Shown here: piece after piece, positions 47,201 to 64,000 of the stretch
Numbering within the stretch: the first letter of the stretch is position 1
Layout: each line of letters opens with the position of its first letter
Origin: Fonticula alba ATCC 38817
Lineage: Eukaryota; Protista; Nucleariida
Strand: one strand, 5' to 3'
Assembly: GCA_000388065.2 (NCBI GenBank)
Contig: KB932201.1
DNA: 64,000 bases
The notes under the pieces: model-generated
What the model saw: the letters and a program-made list of their open reading frames with translations, nothing else
Databases searched by the model: none
Told to the model about the DNA's origin: nothing
Translations under genes and position numbers: made by a program

Positions 47201-47278
47201 GTCCATGAAGCCCTGGATGCGTCCCCATGTCCGGCCGAATTCCGGGTCATGGAGGCTGTTCAAGATGGTGGCCCACAT
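41626..47278 (-). CDS. Divergent cullin-family scaffold, about 1,176 aa, 13 exons
   Basis: Exons 47278-47103, 46807-46714, 46577-46266, 46105-45895, 45685-45378, 45189-45096, 44960-44839, 44727-44620, 44454-44259, 44062-43700, 43533-43319, 43214-42841, 42583-41626. Motifs LLGEYSMRW, FVEPFLRQTASYY, LFKFLSNKSHF..Y..YLNHRL, VLVCNRFFWP, FETEY..GRRLTW, and the Nedd8 domain AVRIMK..VDYLVDLDYVTR..LAYLP*. The start could lie further upstream. Confidence 0.88.
42659..42832. repeat. Compound (GT)n + (GCATGTGT)11 repeat in the last cullin intron
   Basis: GT dinucleotide tract (about 42667-42742) followed by 11 8-bp units at 42743-42830. Confidence 0.95.
44141..44198. repeat. (GT)n microsatellite, (CA)n on the pre-mRNA, in a cullin intron
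   Basis: Direct reading. Similar tracts occur at about 12056, 19795, 19990, 21990, 29388, 37835, 60727, 62766 and 63135. Confidence 0.9.
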
Positions 47279-48060
47279 GGGAAGAGTGCGCAGCGCGCCG
47301 GGCCGGGCGGCGGCGGTGGCTACCGTGGTGCGGGGTCACCTGAGAGGAGAGAGAGAGAGAGAGAGGCCGAGAGGAAGGGAGAGAAGGGGCCGGCGCGCGA
47401 CGTGCGGGGAAGGGTGGCAGGAGGCCTTCGCGTGGCCGAGGACAGGCGCGCAGGAGGCAGCAGGAAGACCGGGGCAAGCAGAAAGGAGCAAGGGAGGAGG
47501 GGCAGGAGGAAACTGGGGAAAGAGGGCCAGGAGGGGGAGGATGGTGCAGGCTGGCCGCATCGCCTTCCAGGGGCCGGAACCCAGCCGGCTCCCGATCGGG
47601 TTGGCCCTTCTGCGTGCGCCCCTTCGCTCCCTGCTCCGGCCGGGTGCCCACCCAAGCCCGGCTGCCCCCTCCTCGCCCGTGGGCAGGGGAGATCCGGATC
47701 GGCGCTCTGGCCGTCGGCGTACATGACAAAGAGACACCTTCCCGCCCATTCTCCAGCCAGGCGGCAAGCGCCCCCGCCCCCCCGCCCCCCGCCCCCGGTG
47801 TCGGCCACCGTCGCCGACCGCCGCCCGCGCGAGAACCAGAACTGTCTCAGGGATCGGGATGTCAGAGCTGTGCTGCCAACGGATCGCCCGATTGGACATC
47901 GGCCCCCAGCCCACGATCTCGGCGCCCGAGCTGCCCGGCCTCGCCCCGACAGCCGAAAGGGGCGCCGGGGTGCTTGCGTCTGCTGCTACTGCTGCGGCGA
48001 TGGCATTCCCGTCGCGTTGGTTTTCGAGGCACAAGCATGCTCCCAAGCGGGGAGGAGTAA

Positions 48061-48092
<32 letters not shown>

Positions 48093-48284
48093 AAAACTCG
48101 CACGCCCCTCTGGCATGCATGCACAGGAGGGGAAATGGGAGGCTATCTATTTCACGGGTCCGCCGCCGGGTGCATGCGCGCTCGGCAGGGAGGGCATGCC
48201 GGCGGACATGTGCGCAAATCCAAAGTGAGCATGAGGGGAGAGAAGGAGAGGCATGGATGCCGGAGGAGGCGGCAGCCGGTGGGA

Positions 48285-54191
<5,907 letters not shown>

Positions 54192-54426
54192 GGCAATGAA
54201 GCGGGCAGAGCAGGCAGGGGAGCTGGAAGGGGAGGGCCGGCTCCGACTTAGGGCTGGCCCTGTTGGCAGTATCGGTGGCGGCGGCGGCGGCGGCGGCGGC
54301 GAAGGAACAGGAGCAAGAGGTGCGAGAGATCGCGATAGCCCGGCGGACAGGCGGACAGCAGGCGGAGGGCGCGGGGCGCGGCAAATGGAACGGGGTGAAT
54401 GGGTGTGTGTGTGTGTGTGTGTGTGT

Positions 54427-55122
54427 NNNNNNNNNNNNNNNNNNNNNNNNNNNNNNNNNNNNNNNNNNNNNNNNNNNNNNNNNNNNNNNNNNNNNNNNNN
54501 NNNNNNNNNNNNNNNNNNNNNNNNNNNNNNNNNNNNNNNNNNNNNNNNNNNNNNNNNNNNNNNNNNNNNNNNNNNNNNNNNNNNNNNNNNNNNNNNNNNN
54601 NNNNNNNNNNNNNNNNNNNNNNNNNNNNNNNNNNNNNNNNNNNNNNNNNNNNNNNNNNNNNNNNNNNNNNNNNNNNNNNNNNNNNNNNNNNNNNNNNNNN
54701 NNNNNNNNNNNNNNNNNNNNNNNNNNNNNNNNNNNNNNNNNNNNNNNNNNNNNNNNNNNNNNNNNNNNNNNNNNNNNNNNNNNNNNNNNNNNNNNNNNNN
54801 NNNNNNNNNNNNNNNNNNNNNNNNNNNNNNNNNNNNNNNNNNNNNNNNNNNNNNNNNNNNNNNNNNNNNNNNNNNNNNNNNNNNNNNNNNNNNNNNNNNN
54901 NNNNNNNNNNNNNNNNNNNNNNNNNNNNNNNNNNNNNNNNNNNNNNNNNNNNNNNNNNNNNNNNNNNNNNNNNNNNNNNNNNNNNNNNNNNNNNNNNNNN
55001 NNNNNNNNNNNNNNNNNNNNNNNNNNNNNNNNNNNNNNNNNNNNNNNNNNNNNNNNNNNNNNNNNNNNNNNNNNNNNNNNNNNNNNNNNNNNNNNNNNNN
55101 NNNNNNNNNNNNNNNNNNNNNN
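54427..55122. other. Assembly gap with duplicated flank
   Basis: N run; 54326-54395 matches 55123-55192 with one substitution. Confidence 0.95.
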
Positions 55123-55630
55123 GAGATCGCGATAGCCCGGCGGACAGGCGGACAGCGGGCGGAGGGCGCGGGGCGCGGCAAATGGAACGGGGGGGTGTGT
55201 GGGTGGGTGTGGGGGTGTGGGGTTGGGGGGGGGGGGGGGGATGGAACGGGGTGTCAAAGCATCCACGGCGGTCTCGCCTGGGTAGCATGCGCCCTCGAAA
55301 AGGCCCGGTGCCGGCGCGCCAGTCCCCGGGGACCAACGCGGAGCTCCCTCCTCCTGCCCTGTCTCTGTGGCCTCCTCTCGCGGCTGCGCATGGTGGCTGC
55401 GCCCTGGCCGGCACGTCTGGGCGGCCCCCGGGGCACGGAGGGGGCGGACGCTAGTGGGATTGCCGCCCTTTCCCCGGCCCAATCCGCCTGGCCCCCTCGC
55501 CGGCGAGGTAGAGCGATAAACACACGCCCAAGAGACTGGAGAGGGGGGTTGCCTAGGTGAATGCCCCCCCCCCCCCCCCGACGCCGCACCAGCTGTCCTG
55601 CCCGTCCTTCGGGGCATGCAGGGTGTTGTT

Positions 55631-56065
55631 NNNNNNNNNNNNNNNNNNNNNNNNNNNNNNNNNNNNNNNNNNNNNNNNNNNNNNNNNNNNNNNNNNNNNN
55701 NNNNNNNNNNNNNNNNNNNNNNNNNNNNNNNNNNNNNNNNNNNNNNNNNNNNNNNNNNNNNNNNNNNNNNNNNNNNNNNNNNNNNNNNNNNNNNNNNNNN
55801 NNNNNNNNNNNNNNNNNNNNNNNNNNNNNNNNNNNNNNNNNNNNNNNNNNNNNNNNNNNNNNNNNNNNNNNNNNNNNNNNNNNNNNNNNNNNNNNNNNNN
55901 NNNNNNNNNNNNNNNNNNNNNNNNNNNNNNNNNNNNNNNNNNNNNNNNNNNNNNNNNNNNNNNNNNNNNNNNNNNNNNNNNNNNNNNNNNNNNNNNNNNN
56001 NNNNNNNNNNNNNNNNNNNNNNNNNNNNNNNNNNNNNNNNNNNNNNNNNNNNNNNNNNNNNNNNN
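55631..56065. other. Assembly gap (N run)
   Basis: N run between two microsatellite-like ends. Confidence 1.
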
Positions 56066-56658
56066 GTGTGTGTGTCTGTTCGGCGGCTGGCCCGGCCCGG
56101 CCCGGCCCGGTCTGGCCTGGTCGGTTGCTCTTTTTTTTTTGACACCCGACGGGGCGTGTTCGGCGTCCACCACGGCTGCGCAATGGCCGAGTCTGCGGCC
56201 CCCTCCCCGGACGACGGCGCGCACTCCACATGTGCCGAGGCCTTTAATTATCCCCACCGAGGGGACTTCTGGCGATCTACCGCTCCCGCCCCCGTCCCGG
56301 GGCCCGCGGTGACATCCTCACTGAGCCCCGGGACCCGGCGAGGGGCATAGGCACACGTTTGCGTGCGCGCGCGCGCACACACACACACACACACATACAT
56401 ACATACAGAAGGGCCGGGCTGCTACCGGCCCCGGCCCGCCCACCGCCGCCCAAGGCTTCTCCCTCCTCCCTCCTCACAGCGTGCCGAGCCCCGCCTCTTG
56501 CTCCGCCGCCTCCTTCTCTCTCCGCCTCCCTCCTCCGCCTCTCGCCTCTCCCTCCCCCCCCCCCCCCCCGCATCGACTCCTCCCCCTTCTCGCCTCCCCC
56601 CCCCCCTTTCCTTCCCCCCTCCCCATCTGCCTCCTCCCTCTGAGAAGCGTCGCCCCTA

Positions 56659-58613
56659 ATGGCCCTGCTCCAGGTTAAATATGAGCGCCTGCTGTCGGCA
56701 CCATGGAGCGTGACGCTGGCCCCGTCGGCCAACGGGGAACCCAGCGGCACCGGGGCCGACGCCGATGCCGGGAACATCAACAGCCCGGTGGCCATTCGCG
56801 CGCGGCTAAACCACCTCCGGCGGCTGGTCCTTCTGGATGGGCTGCCTCGGTCGGCGCCGCAGTCGCTCCGGTCGCGCCTGTGGACCGTGCTCCTGTGTGA
56901 CTCGGACCGGCCCTCGGCCGCGGCCTACAGTGCCCTGATCGCGCGTGGCCCGAGCAGTGTGCACTCGAAAATTTGCAACGATGCCTTCCGGACCTTTCGC
57001 GGGGATGCGGACTTCGGCGACCGCGTGCCCGAGGCCTCCTTGGTCCGGGTCCTCAGCGCGTATGCCCATACGGTGGCCGACCGGCGCCCCGGCATGGTCG
57101 GTTCCGGGCCGGATGCCTTCTCGCTGTCCTCCACGTCGCCTTCCTCCTCGGCGTCGGGCTTCTCCTCGCCGGACGAGGGGGCCGGCCGGGGGTTCGGCGG
57201 GCCGGCCCGCAGCCACCGGCGCTCGCGGTCCAGCAACATCCTGCTCCTGCAGTCGGACGCCGAGCCGACCGTCCCCAGCCCGGAGCTCCTGCCGACCGCC
57301 CTGCAGGTGGGCTCCCCGCGGCTGACTGCCGCCGGGTCTCCCCGGACGTCCCCCTATGTGCAGGGCATGAATGTCCTCCTGGCGCCGATCCTCTACATCA
57401 CCATGCCCGGCGAGGTGGATGCCTTCGGCCTGTATCGCCTCCTGTGCTCCTACTACATTCCCATGTACCTGGTGCCGAGCCTGGACGGCGTGCACATGGG
57501 CTGCCAGGTGCGTGCGCACATGCGCCCCGTCGCAGGGGGGCGGGAGGGGGGGGGGGGGGCGTCCCCCTGAGTGTGGCCCGGCTGCCGGCCTCCCTCTCCC
57601 GCCCTTTTTTTCTCTCCACCTCTGCCCTGTCCGGCTGTTCTCTGACTGCCACTGTGCTTGCTCTCTCTCTCTCTCCCTCCAGATCATTGACGAGTGCTTG
57701 AGCTTCTTTGATCCCGAGCTGGCGGCCTTCTTCAACTCCAAAAACATGCCGGCCTCGCTCTATTCCTTCCCCTGTGCGTCGCAACATGCGGGTATATGCG
57801 CGGTGGTTTTTTTTTTATTTCACCATTTGTTCCGTCCGCCCTCTCCGTTTTCTCTGTTCCTGACCCCGGCTTGCCACCTCTTGCTCCTTTGGCCTGGACC
57901 GCTCCGCCGTTTAGGGGTGCTCACTCTGTCAGGGGCGGCCAAGCCGCTGAGCGAGGTCCTGCGTCTGTGGGACTTCCTCTTTGCCTTTGGGCCACACTTG
58001 AACATCCTGATCATTGTGGCCCGGCTCTTGCAGATCCGCAACGCGCTGCTCAGCTCCCCCAGGTGCGTGCCACATCTGTCACATCGTCCCTCCCCTCCCT
58101 CCCCCTGCTCGCCTTCCTTGCGCGGCTCCTTGCTCACCTCTTTCTTCCTTGCCGCCATGGCCTCACTCATGGCCCGCTCATGGCCCGCTCATGACCCCAC
58201 TCATGACCCCACTCATGGCCCCACCCATGGCCCACTCATGAACCCACTCATGGCCCCACCCATGGCCCCACCCATGGCTTCCTGCCCGCTGCCCCTGCCG
58301 GCTTTGCCTCTCCCCCCTCCCCCTCCCCCAAAACACGCCCTCCTTCTCGCGCATGTCAAGCCCGATGCGCGTTTTCCGCAACATGCCCGATCTGAATGCC
58401 GGCCATGCCATCTCCCTGACTTTGCAGCTGGTCAAGAGCCTGCCGCCCGGTCTCTTTGACCGGCTCAACCGGCACACCTGGGACTCGAGCCTGTACACGG
58501 CGGCCGCCGGCTGGACCGGACCGCAGTCGACCCCGGACCACATGCCCTCCACGCCGCTCGGCATGGGGACCTCCTCCAACTACAACACATCCGAGAGTGC
58601 CGACGAGTTTTGA
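56659..58613 (+). CDS. BUB2: Bub2/Cdc16-type TBC-domain GAP (mitotic exit/septation initiation network), 4 exons
   Basis: Exons 56659-57507, 57683-57773, 57915-58062, 58361-58613. LRRLVLLDGLP..LRSRLWTVLL, catalytic ICNDAFRTF and YVQGMNVL, LDGVHMG, DPELAAF, VLTLSGAAKPLSEVLRLWDFLFAFGPHLNIL. Confidence 0.9.
58157..58279 (+). repeat. 11-12-bp minisatellite, consensus ATG(G/A)CCC(C)AC(T/C)C, about 10.5 copies, in BUB2 intron 3
   Basis: Units atggcctcactc, atggcccgctc x2, atgaccccactc x2, atggccccaccc, atggcccactc, atgaacccactc, atggccccaccc x2. Confidence 0.9.
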
Positions 58614-59866
58614 CCCCGGCATATGAGTCCCGAGAAGCCAATATGGTGGCCGAGAGGCGCATATGGCGCCCTGGGCTCCACCCGCGTCTATGTACATGCT
58701 TGCACGTGCCCTATAGAATCCCAGATAATGTATTTCCTTGTCCCTGCACTTTGGAGGCCGTTGCTTCTTCCCCCTCCTCTTGCTCGGTTTTCGCCGAAGT
58801 GCACGCCCGCGCGCCCGGCCAATTCCTCCCCCTCTACCATCACTCTTCTTGCTTTCCTTTCCTTTTTTTTCCCCCTGCGATCAGCCGTCCCCCAGCCTGG
58901 GGACGCACCGCCGGCACCGAGTGTGGCTTCACAGCGGCAGCCGCGAACCTTCTGCCGGAGCGTGCAGGCGGAGACACAGGCAAAAGGGGGGGGGGCACCT
59001 CCAAAAATACACACCCAAGCCGTTCGTGCACCATGTCGCCCTCGGTGGTCGGGCGTGGCAACCCCGGCGGAAGCGCGGCCAGCCACGGCCCCGGGGGAAG
59101 AAGAGGGCAAGTCCCGGGAATAGGATGTGTACCTGTTGCTGGTCGCCGGGTGCCCGGGCGCGTGCCTGCACGGCGGAATGCGGCGATCAATCGCCAGGCC
59201 GTTGGCACATCGGCCGAGGTGACAACCGTTCTGCACGTGACTCGGGTCTGTCAGTGTTCGGGCTCCCTCCAGCTAGGCCGGCTGCCCGAGTTCCCGGGGC
59301 GCAAGGGGCGCGGGAAAGGCCGCTGCGCGGGCAACTCCCCCAGGACCGCGGAAGGGCGATGGCTGGCGCGCGCGCGCGCGGGAAGACATGCCTTTGTCGG
59401 GGGAACGGGGGGGGGGGGGGGGGGGGGGGGGACGCGGCCCCGATTGGGTGGGGGAGTTGGGCCCGGGGGATGAGCGGCTGCCGCCCGTGGCGGATCGACC
59501 GTCCGATGACAACCTGCAAGGGGCAGGGCGGCGGGCTGGGTGTTTTGAAAACCGCCGCTGGGAGCAGGAGCGCCAACACGCCCAGGGAGGAGACCGAATT
59601 AATGACGCGCCGCGGCAGGGCGCCGGCCCGGGCCACCCCCGAGCTATCCCTTCCCGTCTAGCCGGCGCAGGTCTTCTTGCTTCCTCCTCCCCCCCCCCTG
59701 CCCCTCTCTTCCTCCTCCCTGGTTTCCCCTCCGTGCCTGCGTCTCTCCTTTGCCCGCCCGCCCCCCCCCCCCCGCTCTCCTTCCGCTCCTTCTCTCCGTC
59801 CTCCCCCTCTCGCGCCCGCCTTGCGCCTTCTCCCCGCTTCCAGACGCACGCCGTGGAGAGGCCCCC

Positions 59867-60096
59867 ATGAACTTCCTCAAGTCCTTTGTCGGGTCCGGCG
59901 GCGACTCCGCCGCCATGAGCCCTGCCAGCGCCGGGCTGGACTATAGCTCGCCGGCTGGCGTCATTCAAACCACCTGCGACCGGATCATCAGCGCCACACT
60001 ACATGATGTGCGTGCTTTTCACTCTGGCCAGCCGCCAACCGGCAGGCACCCTTGCTGGGTCTCTCCTTGGCCTAACACCCGCTTGCACATGTGCAC

Positions 60097-60187
<91 letters not shown>

Positions 60188-60728
60188 TCCGTCGCGTGCG
60201 CATACACACACGCGCACGCACTGCCACTCCCCGTAGGATTGCCTTGCCTCGCTGCAAACCCTGCGGTCCATGTCGAACTCCTACAAATCCGTACGCGCCC
60301 TCCTCCACCCGGCTTTGGTGCTCTTCCGGAAATGGCATGGGACACGCCACCAAAACTGACTCCCCATCAAATGCCTTTCCTCGGCTGTGGACAGCTTGTG
60401 GCCGAGCGTGCCCTGCCGGCGCTGATGAGCACCCTCACCGGCGAGCCGGCCGAGCAGAGTGCCAATGGCGTGGCCAAAACCTACCTCCCGCATGCGGACC
60501 TGGCCCGCATCGCGCTGGACACCCTGTTCATTCTGACCACCCCAGACCCCCCGGCTGCTGGCGTGGCCGACAGCAGTGCCACCGTGTGCCAGTCCATTGT
60601 CCAGGTGCGCCATGGTGACATGTCCGACCGCCGTCCATCCTCGGTCCTGGCAATTGCCTGACCCACTGACTACCTCGTCCCTTCCCTCCCCCCTCTCCCG
60701 TCTCCCGGTTTCCCTGTCTTCCCCTGCG

Positions 60729-60760
<32 letters not shown>

Positions 60761-62765
60761 TCGCGCACGTGCGCTCGTCTGGCAAATCACCAGAACCGGG
60801 ACTTCCTGCTCTTGATTATGCGCCAGCTGCAGCCCTTCGATGAGCTCCTGCCGCTCGAGCCGGATGGCACCCGGTCGGACTATGAATTCCGCATTGCCAC
60901 GCGCATTTCCGCCATCAAGCTCCTGGGACGGCTGCTCAATGTCAACCCCCATCCAGTGCGCTTTCCATCCATTCCCCTTCGCTCGCAGGGGGATGCCCCA
61001 CCTCCAGCCAGTCAGCCAGCTCGGGCCCTCTCGGCTGAGCCTCACCGGCGCGTGTTCCTCTGACATATGCCCCCTCTTCTCGAGCAGATCCAGGATGCCG
61101 CCCTGCAGGATCCGGATTTCGTGGTCAACATTCAGGCCGGTCTGTCGGATGGAAGTGATCAGCTGCGCACCGGTGCGCCCCCTCCCCGCTCTCGGCCATC
61201 CGTCCTCATTCCCTGCGATGGCCCTCCTTCCTGGCGTTTTTGGTGCCTCTAACTTCCTCTCTCCCTCTCCCTCTCTCCCTCTCCTTCTCGTGCTCCCTCA
61301 CGCCCGCCGCTTTCATTTGGTGGTCCCCCTCCTTCCACTGGCAGAGATTCCGCTTCTGATTGCTCCGCTGGCTCAACGGTCGCCACACATCCAGCAGGCC
61401 TTGGCCTACAACAACTGCATGGAACTCCTGCTGACGATTGCTCTCAGCGAGGACGGCATCTATGGCGGGATTGTGGTGACCGACGCGCTGGCCGCGCTGG
61501 CTTCGCTTCTCCGCTCGGAGAAGGTCCGCGGCATGTTCCTCGAGTATGACCTCTTCCCGAAGTTGTGCAGCCTCCTGCACATCGACGACGTGTCCGGTAT
61601 GTGTCCACTGCCATCGGGAGGCTGGGCGAGGGGAGGCCGAGCGGTGGGGAATCCCCCCTCTCCCCCCCCTCCCTTCGTGACTCGCCTCTCGCCCTTCATG
61701 CCTTCGCATGCCCCTTCGCATTCGAGAGAAATCCCCCGCCCCTTTCCCCCTCCCGCCTAGATATACACACGCAAACGCCCCTGTGTCGACTCACGCATGA
61801 ATGTCCATGGCCATATGCACATGCCACCACCAGACATCAGCCCCTCGAACGACCTGAACCTGACGCAGCGGTCGTCCTCGCGCGCGCACATCGTCACCCA
61901 GATTATTGGCATCATTCGGCTGTTCATCCTGCCAGAGAACTCCGGCATCGATGCCGGCTTTTCCAGCCTGGTGTCCCCCTCATCGCAGTCGCTCTTCGGC
62001 CCGATGTCCGGCGGCGGGGCCATGATGATGGGCTCGATGGCCCCGAATCGCACGGTCGAGCGCAATCTCCTGCGCACCAACATCATGACCCTCATCGGTG
62101 GCCTGGCCGTCGGGTCGGGCATGCAAATCTACGCGCCCATCCGCCGGGAGGCTTTGCTGGCCATCGGCGACACCATGCGCATTTACCAGGAGTGCCGCAA
62201 GCAGTTTGCCTCGCTGTCGCCGACCCTCTCGCACCAGGCCTCCGGTGGCCGGGTTCGCGAGGATGCCATCTCCCACCTGCTGCAGGTGGCCCTCGGCTCG
62301 CCGCATTATGGGCCTTCGTTGTCGCTTGGGATCCGCTCGGCCGCGGCCTATGCCTTCCGGTCCTTCATCTTCGGCCACCCGGACTCGCAGCAGGTGGTTC
62401 TCAACTCGCTGCTGGTTCCCTCGCCGGATGGTGCGTGGGCTTTCCATGGCCGGTGGCCCCTGCTGGGCTTTCTCCCCTCTGCCCACTGACACTGTGGCTC
62501 GTTGCCTGGGCATTCGCTCCTTCGGCTGGTCCTTTCCCTTTGGTGGCAGATGACGCGTCGTCCCTTCGAACTCTGGCCATCGGTCCGCTGGCGTCTCTCT
62601 CGCAGGAGGAGCTCGAGGCTGACCCCTACCGCGTGTGGTTTGTCTGCAACATCCTCAGCCACATTCTGTCGGTACGTGCCGGGGCTCTTGGTCTGTTCCT
62701 TGATGGCAATGTGCCCTGCCAAGCTTGCCTCTGCTCCGCTTGCAGCCCATGACTCGATTCCGCTG

Positions 62766-62796
<31 letters not shown>

Positions 62797-64000
62797 CGCA
62801 CGTCAGAACACCCCCGCCTGCAAGGAGAAACTGCTTCAGGCCTACATTGATCCCACTCAGCCGGGTGCGTCGTGCCGAGCCTCGTCATGCTCGCGACCGT
62901 TGCCTCCCTTTTGCTTCTTGGATTTTGCTGACAGGCACTCTTTCCCCGCGCCTCTACAGGGAGCCAGTTGCTCTTCTTTGCCATTTGCGATCGAATTGTC
63001 TCTCTTACTGCGGACGCCCAGCTGATGGCGTCCAGTCGGCCGATTTCCATGTGCGACCTTGCCTCCATGATGTCCCCGAATCGCCTTGCTCCGGGCCAGC
63101 TGGATTTCCTCTTCGTGCTCATGTTCGAAACGCTCACACACACACACACACACGCACACGCACACGCACACACACGCACACGCACACGCACACGCACACG
63201 CACACGCACACGCACACGCAAACAGCGCTCTTGTGGCCCTTCTCTCGCTGCTGGCAATCTGGATGCATGACTTCACTCCGGCCGTCATCATGGCACTTAA
63301 TCATGGCCGCATCATCCAGTCGGTATGTTGCCTCCCGCGATGCATGTCTCCCGCCTGCCCGCCTGCCCGCCGTCTCATTGACCTCCCTGTTGCTGGACCA
63401 GCTTGTCAACACTGGCAAGATGTCCCACATCCCGGACCCCTATATCCCGGCCCTTTGCGTCCTGCTGTTGGGTCTTCTCGTGGCCGGAAATGACAACTCC
63501 CTCCCGGAGATGGATCGGTATCGTCTTGCTGACCCCCTCTCCTCTCATCTCCTCGGCCCTCTGGCCCCCTCCCTCCCCTTGCCTGTCACGCGGCCCGGCC
63601 CACTGACGTGACCGTCTGCCATGTAGAGCTCGCATTCGCCGCGAACTCATCGGCCTCCACCTGTCGCGGGAGAACTTCTTCGCCCTGTTGACCTTCCTCC
63701 AGGACTCGGCTGCCTTCAGGTCGGCTGTGTCGGCCTCGTTCGCCCCGCTGCCGCATGTGTCCTCCATGCCGACGGTCAACTCGCCCCATTGGCGGCCCTG
63801 GTTCAGCGGAGATGGCGGCTTTGCCAGCTCCCCGGTTGACCATTCGGTCCCGCTCTTCTTCGATGCGGACTTTGTGCGGTTCTTCCAGTCGGTTGTTTGT
63901 GCGTGGTCCCACGGGCGGCTGTCCCTCTCCCGGGCCATTGTTCGCCGTCCCTTGTTCGACAGCTTCGCCTGCACTGATGGCATCCTCACTCCCCCCCCCC
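59867..64000 (+). CDS. USO1: Uso1/p115 vesicle-tethering factor, N-terminal armadillo head; 3' end not resolved (may run past the window edge)
   Basis: Exons 59867-60007, 60237-60290, 60395-60604, 60794-60955, 61088-61172, 61345-61596, 61834-62430, 62550-62671, 62825-62864, 62960-about 63122, 63226-63322, 63402-63517, 63627 onward. MNFLKSF..CDRIISATLHD, QQALAYNNCMELLL..SEDGIYGGIVVTDAL, YRVWFVCNILSHIL, LLAIWM..PAV, FFDADFVRFF. Confidence 0.88.
60099..60181. repeat. Poly-C of about 83 nt in USO1 intron 1
   Basis: Direct reading. Confidence 0.8.

Overview
This is a very GC-rich, intron-rich eukaryotic scaffold with 8 N-gaps. Gene content mixes fungal-like (Pho8, Bub2) and amoeba/animal-like (FAN/NSMAF, PH-PH-MyTH4-FERM, class C GPCR) genes. 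That mix, plus low-complexity insertions in most proteins, suggests a nucleariid/Fonticula-like holomycotan; this is inference, not checked. I reconstructed ten protein-coding genes by hand-splicing: (1) an intronless protein with four Ty3/gypsy-Gag-like zinc knuckles, (2) a Pho8-type alkaline phosphatase, (3) a class C-like 7TM receptor with no ectodomain, (4) one gene fusing three different glycosyltransferase domains, (5) a divergent Ku80, (6) a PLEKHH/MAX-1-type protein, (7) a divergent cullin, (8) FAN/NSMAF, (9) Bub2 and (10) Uso1/p115, which runs off the window. I found no rRNA, tRNA, CRISPR array or intact mobile element. The most interesting signals are the triple glycosyltransferase, the Gag-knuckle repeat protein, and a 5' splice-site consensus GT(G/A)(C>T)G(T/C) in which none of 62 reconstructed donors has the canonical +4A. 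The assembly also contains two Illumina adapter remnants and gap-flanking duplications, which are artefacts.
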